Source of the DNA: Cenococcum geophilum
Taxonomy: Eukaryota
Assembly: GCA_050273025.1 (NCBI GenBank)
Contig: CP158635.1
Span: 21,390,001 to 21,454,000 of the forward strand
Length of the DNA stretch: 64,000 bases
Direction of reading: 5' to 3'
The notes beneath the pieces were generated by a model. It was not told the DNA's origin and made no database searches. It saw only the letters and a program-made list of their open reading frames with translations. The position numbers and the translations under genes are program-made. Every line of letters begins with the position of its first letter. Positions within the stretch are counted from its first letter, which is position 1. Positions 11,801 to 22,622 of this stretch are shown here, in pieces.

Positions 11801-12870
11801 TGCGTGAAGGTGGGCCACAGTAGGGCAGTGCGGCGCGAATTGGAACTCTCCCGACTCTCCCACCGAACTAGAGTTTGACAGAGATGAGTAGCTGACAGGG
11901 AAATTGCCTGCCAGAGTTTGACGGCGAGCACCGCTTCAATTGGTCCAACCAGGCTGGCGGTGTAGCGATCCAACACCATTCCGTCTTCAAAGCACTCTGG
12001 CGCTCTGCTTGCAGGAGCCCTGATACACACAACCAAAGCCACCAGGGTCCATTTCATGGCGCATTTCAGCTTTTAGTTGCCGGCCCTCTGCTACAAGCCC
12101 TCTCTTTCAAGATCTCCGATCTCGAGAAAGTTAAAATCACCTGAGGGTCGGACGACCGTGCGAGCCTCACTATCGCCATGTCGCATTAGTGGAGTGGTAC
12201 TTATGCCGCGTGAGACGGATCCCGTAGCTAGCGTACAACCAGTCATGCCACTGTGAGGCCAATATCGTACGAGAAAGCGTTCTGCACGTCGCACCGCGCG
12301 TGGGGGCTTGGAAAATCGAGAGAGATCCATACCCACCGTACTGGGTTCGTGTTAACTTAGTGCTAGAACGCGTGGAACACGCACACTTGCTAATTTGACA
12401 TCTGAAGTCGTGCACCTAGTCCTTGTACTGTACTGTTTTGCACAAAGTACAGATTTCATCATGTTGGGCTTCTTTCTGCTTGCAAAATTGTTGAATAGGC
12501 TGTGGTCAAAAAGGATTGGCGAAGTGACCATTAGCAATCTAGCGGCACGATCAAAGTATTCACGGAGTCGTGCGGAACGAGCATAATAATAAATCGCAGA
12601 GAACTGCCTCATCCCAGATATCGGGAGCGGGCTGGTGTGAATTGCGCCAACGGTAATGCAGATCCCTGGAATGCTTCGATGCATCTCCCAATATCCTCCA
12701 AAAGTTCCAATAGATATCTCAAATGATCCCCATGCTTCGGTGTCAACGCTGAGAAAGAAATAAGAGGCTCCAGTATTGAATTTTCTCGCTCGTGGAAGTA
12801 TAACTAAAATGCTAAAACGGTGTCATGAATCGTTTCTTAATCGTGAAAGACGCGTCCCGAACGTGGCATG

Positions 12871-14038
12871 TCAGGCTGCCGCCGCCAAGGTCGTAGGAGT
12901 CTCTCCAATTGAGAATCGAGCCAACTTTTCTTCAACTCTCTTGACGAGTTCCGGATCGAACTCCTTTTCTCTTCTGGCCCTCTTAGGTCTGTAGCAATGA
13001 ATCAAATCAGCACTGTGAATCTGGCGTGAAAGCGTGAAGTGACTTACGGTATCCTCGTGCAAGTGTCGCACCGCTCGTGGCCACATTCGGAGCACGCCTG
13101 ACTCCCGTCCTTGAACAACGACTGACACTTCTCGCACGACCACCGCACCCTCTGCCTTGGCCTCCTCCACGTCCGCCTCTTGCCCGGTTCTGCTTCGATG
13201 TCGCTTTCGTCATCTGCCGCTGCGTCTCCAGGATAACCTTCGGGCCATTTCTCCAGCTTCGCGGGGTCTCTGGGGCACTTTGTGCAACGAACATGCTGGC
13301 ACTTCTCACAGATTGTTGCTGATGGAGGCCGGAACATCGTCTCGCACTTGTGGCAAGTGCGCCGAACCCTTTGCCTAGAAGGTTGATAGACTAGCTCCCC
13401 TCCCGTCCTGTTCTTGATGGTAAGTAGCGGCTTTCGCGGCTTGGGCTTGCTCTCTTCTGGCTCCTTTCCTTTCTCGCCTGTCTTGGGTTTCTTCTTGGGA
13501 TACCGAGGGCATTTCTTGCAGCGCTTGTGTTCGCACTTAGCACAGATCTTGTCAGCACCATAAGTGGCTCCGCAGCGATGGCATGATCGATGAACACGCA
13601 TCCGAATTGGCTTCTCAACCCGTTGAACATTGGTGGCATTGGTTCCAGTGGTAATCCATTCATGGGATTCGAGCGTCAATCCATATTTAGCGAACAGGGC
13701 GCGAGCGCGCTCTTGCTGGAGAGTACTCCGGGTATATGTGCCAGGTCCAGATGCTTGTGCTGGTGCAGTTGTCGGAGTGGTGGCAGCAGGAGCAGGGCTA
13801 CAACAAGTTGGTAAATTATGACTTGGATGGAAGGTGGATCAACTCACGTATTAGTGGTAGCCGGTGCCGCTGGCACGGCTGTAGAGGTACTTGGGGTGGC
13901 TGTAGTCGCGGTGGAAGGAGCAGATGTCTTGCTCGTACTCCCTCTCCTTAAAACGGTACCCAGTCTCTTCATATACTTTCCAATGCTCTTCCTCCGCTCT
14001 GTAGGACCGTCCGGTGCTCCTGGTGCTGGTGAACTCAT
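12871..14038 (-). CDS. Fungal protein of unknown function with three CxxC-x(n)-CxxCxHxxCxxC zinc-binding repeats
   Basis: Exons 14038-13848, 13797-13048 and 12988-12871, with GT-AG introns that keep the frame. Repeats: RSCHRCG..CAKCEHKRCKKCP, RTCHKCE..CEKCQHVRCTKCP, WSCEKCQ..CSECGHERCDTCT. Confidence 0.8.
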
Positions 14039-15167
14039 GTTGATGGTGGTGGTAGAAGTCCTGGGTTGCTACCTGGTATGTGGTGCTGATTGCGTATTCC
14101 TCGGCCCCCCAAAAAAAGGAAATCAGCTCCAGAAAAATATTGCCAGAAGCATGTACATAAGGACTGGGCGTGTAGGGTCTCCAATGTTCTGCGACTGCTT
14201 TGTTGGAAAATAATCCTGGTAGACCGGACAGGTGAGACACTGACGATTCTCGGATCGACCGACAGGATGGTAAAAGCAGTTTCCAGCAATTAGGCTCTTG
14301 ACAGCTGTTAAAGCCGGAGTGGGTCGTAGAATTCCTTGGAAGACGACCAGTCGTCAAGCAATCCCGCCGGTGGATTTGAAGGGAGAGAGGAGACGGGATG
14401 GTGGCGATGGCGAAGTTATGTATGGGTGGAGAGAATCAGCCCACGCAACAAGGTTTTGGGGTGCTGGAGTTCGGGGACAAAACCAGAGTGCTGGGTTCAG
14501 CAACAGCAGGGCAGTCGCTAAAGAAACACGGCCCGTTCTTTGCGCGGAAGAAGCTCGGTATTGCTCGCAGCAAGCATCCTTGGCGAACCGAAACGCTGTC
14601 CGCCACTAAGTTGCTGAGCTGCTGAAGCTGAGGTGTGGCCGGATATACCGTGCTACGCTGTACTGCACTGCGCTGCACCTGTTCTTGGGTACAGCGCGAT
14701 GTGAGGGGAAGGCCCAGCAGCCAGGGGTCTCTCGTACTGGCGTCCAACGAGCTACCTCGGCCGGCGGTAAAGCTCTGGTGCGAAAGCGGGCTGCTGAGCA
14801 CCCAAGGAGCCAGGACCAAGCATGCTTGAGCAGAGTTCTCCTCCCGACAGAGCGGTCCCGCGAGCGGAGAAGGGCCTGTTCGGGCAAGCTCCAACGCAGC
14901 CAGGCGACTGACCAAACAGCAGCCAGCGTCGAAAACTCCACCAAAACGCAGCCGGTGCGGGCTGCCTTGGAAGGTCCACTAAACCACGCACAGCGACAGC
15001 GGCCTCGTTCTCATGCAGCGCATGGAGGGCCCAATTCACGGGCGCTCTACCACTGCTGCTGTTATTGTTGCTGCTGGCTGCTCCGCGGAGCGCCTGGTGC
15101 GCAGGACCACCAACTCGGCTCATTTGGTAAGCATCCAGCACTGGGCGGGCGACGTCTGGTGGAATCA

Positions 15168-15198
15168 CTGCCTGCCTGCCTGCCTACCTGCCTGCCTG
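15168..15198. repeat. (CTGC)n imperfect microsatellite
   Basis: ctgcctgcctgcctgcctacctgcctgcctg. Confidence 0.7.
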
Positions 15199-15609
15199 CC
15201 GCCACCTTTGAGGCGGCCTTGCTGTGATGCCACTGATACCGATCGCGGTCCTCCTATGCTCCATACCTCTGACCGGCTTCCTCCGCGCCCTCGTTCATTG
15301 GGGCTCCCACAGTTAGGCTCGAAAGGGGGCGCGGCGACAATGGGACGCCGCGAGCTTCCAGAAGGCAATCATCACCGCTGCCAACGAGGTTTATGCCTGA
15401 AGCTGATCAATGGCTCGACCTGTCATGGGAAATGCAGGGCTTGACGCTGGCTGCCAGCCTCGGGAGGGTCAATCTGGTGATTTGACATGTGTCTCCCGCA
15501 TCTGGCGTCTCTCTTCTACGTCGCCGGAAGGTCAGTAAGAGTGCATTGAGAATGCATTGAGACTTTTTGGAGGCAATAAATTTCTGTCGGGTGATGAGAA
15601 ACCAGACTT

Positions 15610-17900
15610 GCCGCCCCGGCGACCGCCTTCAGCTAGCCTGTCTCTCCGCAATTGCACACAGCACACACGCCACATCTCTGATCGCCAGCGGCGGATTACC
15701 GCGCGCCTTCAACACTATCAAGGGCTAGAGCAGTCTGAGAGCTACTACTGCATCCTGTCCGTGAACCATTCGTCAGAAGCTGTTGGCAGGACCTATGCCT
15801 GCATGCTCTCACGTAAGTTTCATCCCATTAAACCCGAGGGCGCACGCCAAAATCCCCGAAAATCCCCAAAATCCAACACCGCAACAACGGCTTTCCCATG
15901 CCATGGCGGCAAGGCTACCAAATGTATCGCTAGGTGCTCCGCCCACCTGGAAGGCATGCAGGGCACGGTCCCTTGCCAGTGATGTGCCACCAATAATGTC
16001 GCATTGCGCTTCATTGCGCGCTTGACAGGAAGAGGCCCCAACTCCCATCTTAAGACTCAAAAAAGGTGCTGTATCACGACCAGCTGTCGACACGGACGGC
16101 ATCAATGTGCATATATCGACCACTAGGTCGTCTCAGGAGACGGCTCCGGGATATTCTCTAAGAACGATCTGCACTCCTGTTTCAAAAGTCTCGAAGCCAC
16201 CTTTTACATCGAAGACGGATACTTAGTGCCCGCAAACGCTTCATGGCCGATCATCAGCGCCGTGAAGCGAACCGGTAAAGAGCCAATTGAACATCTATTT
16301 TTAGTCAATCGTAACATCCCTTGTGAAATGTCTTCTTCATGTGTCTAACTCCCCGGATCCGCGGTCTTTGTTCGATATCTTGTATTATCTGTACCGATTT
16401 TGTCCTGAGAACCTCAGTCCCAACGATAAACCTCTTTGCTCTATATCATTTTCAGTAGCACTGTACCATAGTCAACAATCAGGTCATATTATTGTTCCCG
16501 CCTATGGTTTATTATGAAAAACTTACTAGTCATCATATTCACCATTACGAAACATTCAACGAGCGTGAACTTTACGATCTGTGTACTTTTGACATCACAG
16601 TTACAGTGAGCGACGCTATGCTCCATTGCCTGCTCCAACTATGCGAATGTCTGATGGTGCATGTACATCGGAAATTGCTCTAAGTAATGCTTCAAACAGT
16701 TTGTAGTACTACAGGAGTTCCGTGGATACCCCTTGAATCGCCATGGTACTAGTCTCTGATGGGTATCTGGTGACTAGGTCCTTGGATCAATTGTCCACTA
16801 TCCACAGCGCCTACAAACATCCGGGAACATTGTTAAATTATGTTGTACTGAAAAACCCAAGTGCTGCACGGACGAGACAATCAAACATGCTCCCGTAACC
16901 GATCAAACACCCTTTTCCCGCTCCCGCACTCCAGCACGGTCCTCACAATCTAGACCCTCACTGCTCACCTCATCCGCTTCTTAACATTCGACCCCTATGT
17001 CTAGACTCCGCGGAGTATTGACCGGCCCAGCGCCTCAAAAGATTTATGCGGATCGGGCGGCTAGTACACCAAAATAAGCCGGCACCCCATTCAAACGACC
17101 CTATTGTTTCGGATAGCCTCGCCATTAAAAACACCGGCTATGGAGCCCATTGGCAGTGCCGCGCAGTTGCGCTGGTGCGGGGCGTCGGAACACCTCGAGC
17201 CTCACACCCAGCTAGGCGCAGATGGTGTGTAAGCACATGAAATACCAGCACCCTCCCAGTCGCGCCCACCTCGAAACATGTGTGTCTGAGTCGTACATTT
17301 AGAACCCCGGCATAGCACGAGATAGCCGTTAGACCCACCAGCCTTCGTACGCCTCACAAAAGCAAGTGATCGTCGCCCTCGCCGCCCGCCGTCCAAGGCA
17401 AACAATCCAACATCCACACCATCAGGCGTTCCCCGTCTACGTCAGGGAGACTTCCCTCTCGCCTCGAGGCACCTAAATCCAGCGCTCTGCCTATCACGGC
17501 GCAGCTCTGAGCACGGTCTTCCACATTTGGGTTCCCAACCCAGTAAGCTACAGTCCTAAGTCCCCTGTCTCAAGTCCTGCTCTACTCTCGGCTCGCGGGA
17601 AACGGAACGAGCCGCGCAGCTAAGCATTACCGCAACTGGCATCTTTTCATGCCGACCACTGACATCATTGATTTGCTTGCCGGCGCGCGCTCAACTGCCG
17701 TCTTTCTCAGTTTCAGGGTTCAGGGTTTTTGATTCTAATTAAAACGGACGACGGGGTTTGTCGGCCCGATGGTTCTGAGTCAAAGGAGCTTAAACACACA
17801 TACAGTGTCCAGGCCTACTTGTGATGCATGTAAAAGGAGCAGCACCGAGTTAGATAATTAAATCGAATTCAGATAACCAGAGATCAAAAGCAAATGCGCA
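15610..17900 (-). ncRNA. Candidate telomerase RNA (TER) or other long structured ncRNA; boundaries approximate
   Basis: No credible protein-coding gene. TATATA at 17944-17949; hairpin 17745-17768; template-like AACCCUGAACCCUGAA (17727-17712); long-range helix 17703-17711/16847-16855. G-U pairs work only on the minus strand. Possible GCAAGT donor at 15611 and TACTGAC branch point near 15535. Confidence 0.35.
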
Positions 17901-18332
17901 AAGCAAAGAGCCGGTTGGTAGAGTAATTATGTGTAGTGTGAGATATATAGAGGAGTCGTAATGTCTCATTCGTTCCGTGATGGTTACAGCTATCTAATAT
18001 ATAGGACCCAGCAAATCGCGTTCTGCAGGTTGCCAATAAATAGTATCTTACAGGTTCCTTCCACCTCTTGCCGCGTTGCGTACACACCATTTCTATCGTA
18101 TCCAACTTTGCTCTCGCGATCGACGATTGAGTTGACTGATATATAACTCTACTTCTCCAAATCCGGTATATTAAAACGCCTTCTATGCAAACAATGCGTT
18201 GAAAACACTTCTAAAAATGCGAAAGGGCTTTAAAAAAGCGCAATAAAGTACAGAGAACGGAATGATAGATACAATAGAAAGGATGGAAGGCTCTGAACCT
18301 AAACCAAACGTAATTTTTAGGAGGTGCCCCGT

Positions 18333-21300
18333 TCATGAAAAGAAGTACTTGCTGTCCTTGAGACGCGATACGTCGAAGTCGCCCTTCTTAGGCACAGGCG
18401 GGAAGGTGAGCGGGAGCCAGACTTGAATATTTTTCCCGGTTCCCAAGTAACGCTTCTCCTTGGATTTTTCTTTCTTGTTGGCTTTGTCTAGAGGGGCATC
18501 ATCTTCATGGTCTTCAAGGCCTTCAAGGCCTTCAACCTCTTCCTCGGTTATTGATTCGGGGTCGTTTTTGTCAAGAGTGTCCCTTATTTCGACGGAGCCT
18601 GCATTGAACGCATGCCCCTCTTTTTCAGATAGCTCTGCGTCAATAATCTTTGACTGCACTCGCTTGGCCTTGGAACCCGTGGTCTCCCCAAGAATCGAAG
18701 GCTCCGAGTCTGAAATGATCGCGGTAGGGTCCCGCGCAGCCTCATAAATGCTCGCTGGGGTGATCATCTCCTCGCCCATCTTTCTTTCCTCCGGATTCTC
18801 AGAGTTTAGCAGGCGCTGTCGCTTCTCTTCCATGAGAACCTCGTCGAGTGTTGCAGTTACAGTTGTCTGTTTCCCCCCATTTTGTCTTGCCCTTGACAAT
18901 GAAAGTCTGAGGGCCATAATCTCCTGCGCCACAGCAGTGTTGCTACTGAGAGTAGCTAGATACATAGAGCCTGCGTATCGTGCTTTGAATTCTGCGGCAA
19001 GACGACCGATGATATCTTCGGAATGCATGCGGACAAACGCATCACGCAAGATTTGGTTCAGGCTGGGAATATCCGCCGCATGACTCCAGAATGAGTCGTG
19101 CACAGCGGCGAAAGTAAGGCCCACTTCGTCACATTTGAGCGCCGAGAGAATCATGTGTGTAGCATCGAGCGAATGAATGAAGTTTGGTGGAAACGCCTGT
19201 AGCTGTTTTCTCTTTGAAACGGCATCCGAGGCGCGTGGCTCGTGGACACTGATTCCCTGTAGGCAAGTTTTAACCTGAGAAACTTTACCTTTCCGGTACG
19301 GCTGGACAACAGGCATTTTCAGTGGTGTGGTCCAGATAACGCTTGATTTGAACTCGGTCAAATCCTGCTTTACTTTTGCATGTCCACGCTCGTTGAGTGG
19401 CTTTTGCCTGAACTTTGAATCATACAATTGTGCCTTTCCTTCTGAATGTTGCTGAACCTTCTTGATCTGCTCTGCAGTGATAGAGGTTGAAATCCTTCCC
19501 GCGCATTCACCTAACCAATACTGGATATCATGAGCACCATTGAATATTTGGGACAAAGCTTTGAAGATCTGTTTAGCCACGTAGCCAGCAACATTGAGGA
19601 GCGAAAGGATTTGAGGTGTTGACTCAAAGTTTGGAAATATATCCTTCAGTTCGGTTAAGACTTGCATACGGGCTCCCCCGAACGTCACGCCATACACGTT
19701 CGTCATGACAGTACGTTTGACTACCCTGCGCGAAATTTTGCCATTCAGAAATTTGGCAATGGCTATTCCGGCCTCGGCATCTTTTGCGACTTCAGACCTG
19801 ACCAACTCAGCGACTCCTGTGTAGATGTCCTGAGGACGATCGGAAGGTTCCAAATTGACCTGGCTTGCTCCAACTTTATCGCCACCGAGAGCAGCATAGT
19901 GTTGCAAACCATTGCACGTACCGTCCTGGTGAACTGGAAGGTATGAAATGTAACGTGTTGGGTCCGGAGAATCTAGGGCATTCTTGAGTTCCATGCAGCA
20001 GGCCAGACATTGCCATGGATCCTCGGCGGTAAGCCACCATCGGCTGCCAGAAAGAGGATTCGTGGCCGAATCGTATATTTGGTCTAAATGTTCCATAGCG
20101 AACTCCTCTCTTTCCTTAAGACTGGCCTTGTCGAACCCATGGAGATTGGCAAGGTGGATTTTTAACCACTGGAGACCGACAGTGCCAAGCTCTTTTCCTT
20201 TAGCAAATTTCAGCAGCCCTCGTGCTATATCTGCGCCCATGTGGTTGAGGGCTGGGGGTATAGGGTATGCTCTTCCACGGAAATCGACGTTATGGGGGTA
20301 ATAGAAAGTTTCGTTCAAGTACGAGCGAGCGATCTCGAGCTGGAAGTTCTGGAAGCATCGGTTGGAATGAAAACCACTCTTCTGAGCCTCAATCGATTTC
20401 ATCTTTTTCATCCATAGCATACGATCAATACGGCTTGCATCCTTGGCTGGCTCAGATGGATATTTGATATCTAGCTTTTCTGGAACAAGCTCCCCTATGC
20501 CTTCACCATCGTTCCAGGCCTGAAGCATGACTTTGAACACATCCCTATTGATTTGCCAGGGTGTCTTGCCTAGAACATCGAGTCCCGCAAATATTTGATC
20601 CAGGTCTCCCTTCTGGGCGGCTGATACGGCGTATGCTCGCTGAGCTTCATCTCCCCCCTTGGCTCGGACTACCGTCGTAGGATACCGGTAGTAACCACCG
20701 TCCTTGTAAGAAGTCCACAGTTTTGGCTCAACTAACATAGGAAGCCGAAAGCTAGCGAATCCCTTGATTGGCTCTTTGCCTAATTTTTCTACGAGATCGT
20801 AATGCGCTGATATTTTACCAATTTTCTTGCCCTTTTGATAGGTATGACCATGCGAGAATGCTGGCTGAATACTCGTTAAGGTCTCTCCAGTTTTCGGATC
20901 CTCGCGGCACACAGTGATAGTGGCGCTTTGGAGAACCTTTTCAACGAGAAAGGCACCAATTCTTGCTTTGATGTGCGTCGGAAACTCTTTGTGTACAATA
21001 TCACCAACGGCTTGCTCAGGATTGACCTCCTGTCGTTGAGGTGAGCTGAATTTGTATCGGCCTTTAGTCAATCTGGAAAGTATTTTCTGTCGTATAAGTG
21101 ACCGTCGACCCTGAGAAAAAGTGTTTTTGGTTCTAGAACCATACTCTAGCTCGAGAAGACCCCCTATTGCAGTGGTTATGCTCGAGACTTTAACACTATT
21201 GTGGCTATCGTAATCAGCTGCAAAGGCTTGTAAAATCCGAATGATGGCGATAGCAGCAAGCTTCTCAGCACCGAAAAGCTCAAGGTATGGTCCATAGATA

Positions 21301-22622
21301 TGACGATCGGAAGAAAGGGTCCCCTCCGGTGTAGATAGGACTTCCTTTACTTCCTTCAACTCCTGCTGTACTGAGGGCAACAGGGCAGAATACCATTGCC
21401 ACATCAGGGCTTCGATGGGTTTTGTCTTTAAGACACCATGAATTCCAATCTTTTGCAGATTATCATTCTCTGCTCTCCAACGCTCAACAGCAGCATCGAC
21501 GGCATTTTCTTCAAGTCGAAGTTGCCGCATATATGCGAATGCTCTGTCTTTGTCTTCCTTGGAGCCTTCAATCTGGTGAGGATAGGCGACGCCCTTTCCG
21601 GGCTCGAACATGGACAGTGCTTCGTTCAGAGTTTTCAAACCGAATCCCTTCTGGTTCACAGGCTTTACCTTAAGAGACGGGTCTGGTAAATATCCTTTCT
21701 CGATAGCAAGTGCCCGGCCTAATGGCGTGCTCAGTCCGTACTTGATATGATTATCCACTGAATCCAATTCATCAAATTGGTCGGGCTGAAAGTTGACGAG
21801 CATATCCCATTCCGACACTGAAAACTCTGCAGATGTATTGACTTTTTCGAATGTGTCGGGACCGGCACTCTTAGCAAGCTCCAGAAAATTGCGTATGGAC
21901 TCGTCTCTCCGTAAACCTGTTAGAAAAGCAATAGATGCTCGTAGCATAATGACCAAAGTTTGAGCATCCGGTTGAACATCTCTTCTCATCATTTCATTGT
22001 TGTACCATTTTTCCATGTCTTCAATGCTAACATCTGGTCGGTCGTTATGCATGAATTCGAGTAACTTCCCTAGGTATAAATTATGAGCACCGACAATTTC
22101 TGGAGCCATGGGACTGTAAAGGTCCGTTAATCGTCGAACCAACGCGGCCGCTCTATCCAGCCGCCCCACTCTTAAACAAGCATGCAGATTCTGGTGTAGC
22201 TCGGCAGGATCGCCACCAATACCATTTTTGAAATTGAGCCGAGGAGGGGCTATCGCCAAAGAATTGTGGATGATGAGCGGATGAGCGGGATCCCAGTGAT
22301 CAAGATCTGACACGCCCCGAGGCATGCGGTGAGTGGACCAAGCATGGTCCGCTAACGGGATATCTTCAAGGGGTATCTCGTCGAATTGAGGAGGGAGGAT
22401 GTCTGAGGCGGTGGCCAGCGACCGGCTCTTTGTTCGTGGTGAGACTGGTCGAGGAAGCTTGTGTCTCCTGGCATCGGAGGATTGAACTGTCGCAATTGTT
22501 CCACTGGCTGTCCATCTCATCTGAGCCGGGCATAACCAAGGTAGAGACAATTGCTCAAGGCCTTGCGGGGCCCTTTGGAAAGCATCGCGCCGTATCTGTC
22601 GCCGCGCAGCTCGCAGGAGCAT
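18333..22622 (-). CDS. RPO41: Mitochondrial DNA-directed RNA polymerase (T7-phage-type single subunit)
   Basis: Intronless 1429-aa ORF with an Arg-rich presequence (MLLRAARRQIRR). Motifs HNVDFRGRAYP, PVHQDGTCNGLQHY, RRVVKRTVMTNVYGVT, FPPNFIHSLDATHM, AVHDSFW, and C-terminal YFFS. Confidence 0.97.
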   Translation of the reverse strand: MLLRAARRQIRRDAFQRAPQGLEQLSLPWLCPAQMRWTASGTIATVQSSDARRHKLPRPVSPRTKSRSLATASDILPPQFDEIPLEDIPLADHAWSTHRMPRGVSDLDHWDPAHPLIIHNSLAIAPPRLNFKNGIGGDPAELHQNLHACLRVGRLDRAAALVRRLTDLYSPMAPEIVGAHNLYLGKLLEFMHNDRPDVSIEDMEKWYNNEMMRRDVQPDAQTLVIMLRASIAFLTGLRRDESIRNFLELAKSAGPDTFEKVNTSAEFSVSEWDMLVNFQPDQFDELDSVDNHIKYGLSTPLGRALAIEKGYLPDPSLKVKPVNQKGFGLKTLNEALSMFEPGKGVAYPHQIEGSKEDKDRAFAYMRQLRLEENAVDAAVERWRAENDNLQKIGIHGVLKTKPIEALMWQWYSALLPSVQQELKEVKEVLSTPEGTLSSDRHIYGPYLELFGAEKLAAIAIIRILQAFAADYDSHNSVKVSSITTAIGGLLELEYGSRTKNTFSQGRRSLIRQKILSRLTKGRYKFSSPQRQEVNPEQAVGDIVHKEFPTHIKARIGAFLVEKVLQSATITVCREDPKTGETLTSIQPAFSHGHTYQKGKKIGKISAHYDLVEKLGKEPIKGFASFRLPMLVEPKLWTSYKDGGYYRYPTTVVRAKGGDEAQRAYAVSAAQKGDLDQIFAGLDVLGKTPWQINRDVFKVMLQAWNDGEGIGELVPEKLDIKYPSEPAKDASRIDRMLWMKKMKSIEAQKSGFHSNRCFQNFQLEIARSYLNETFYYPHNVDFRGRAYPIPPALNHMGADIARGLLKFAKGKELGTVGLQWLKIHLANLHGFDKASLKEREEFAMEHLDQIYDSATNPLSGSRWWLTAEDPWQCLACCMELKNALDSPDPTRYISYLPVHQDGTCNGLQHYAALGGDKVGASQVNLEPSDRPQDIYTGVAELVRSEVAKDAEAGIAIAKFLNGKISRRVVKRTVMTNVYGVTFGGARMQVLTELKDIFPNFESTPQILSLLNVAGYVAKQIFKALSQIFNGAHDIQYWLGECAGRISTSITAEQIKKVQQHSEGKAQLYDSKFRQKPLNERGHAKVKQDLTEFKSSVIWTTPLKMPVVQPYRKGKVSQVKTCLQGISVHEPRASDAVSKRKQLQAFPPNFIHSLDATHMILSALKCDEVGLTFAAVHDSFWSHAADIPSLNQILRDAFVRMHSEDIIGRLAAEFKARYAGSMYLATLSSNTAVAQEIMALRLSLSRARQNGGKQTTVTATLDEVLMEEKRQRLLNSENPEERKMGEEMITPASIYEAARDPTAIISDSEPSILGETTGSKAKRVQSKIIDAELSEKEGHAFNAGSVEIRDTLDKNDPESITEEEVEGLEGLEDHEDDAPLDKANKKEKSKEKRYLGTGKNIQVWLPLTFPPVPKKGDFDVSRLKDSKYFFS

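Noticed and set aside
14298..15444. Many overlapping 60-180 aa ORFs
   Set aside because: GC-rich non-coding sequence poor in stops; no domain similarity or consistent splice structure.
18333..22622. Intronless T7-phage-like RNA polymerase as a viral or plasmid insertion
   Set aside because: The presequence, long N-terminal extension and YFFS end fit the ordinary nuclear-encoded mitochondrial polymerase.
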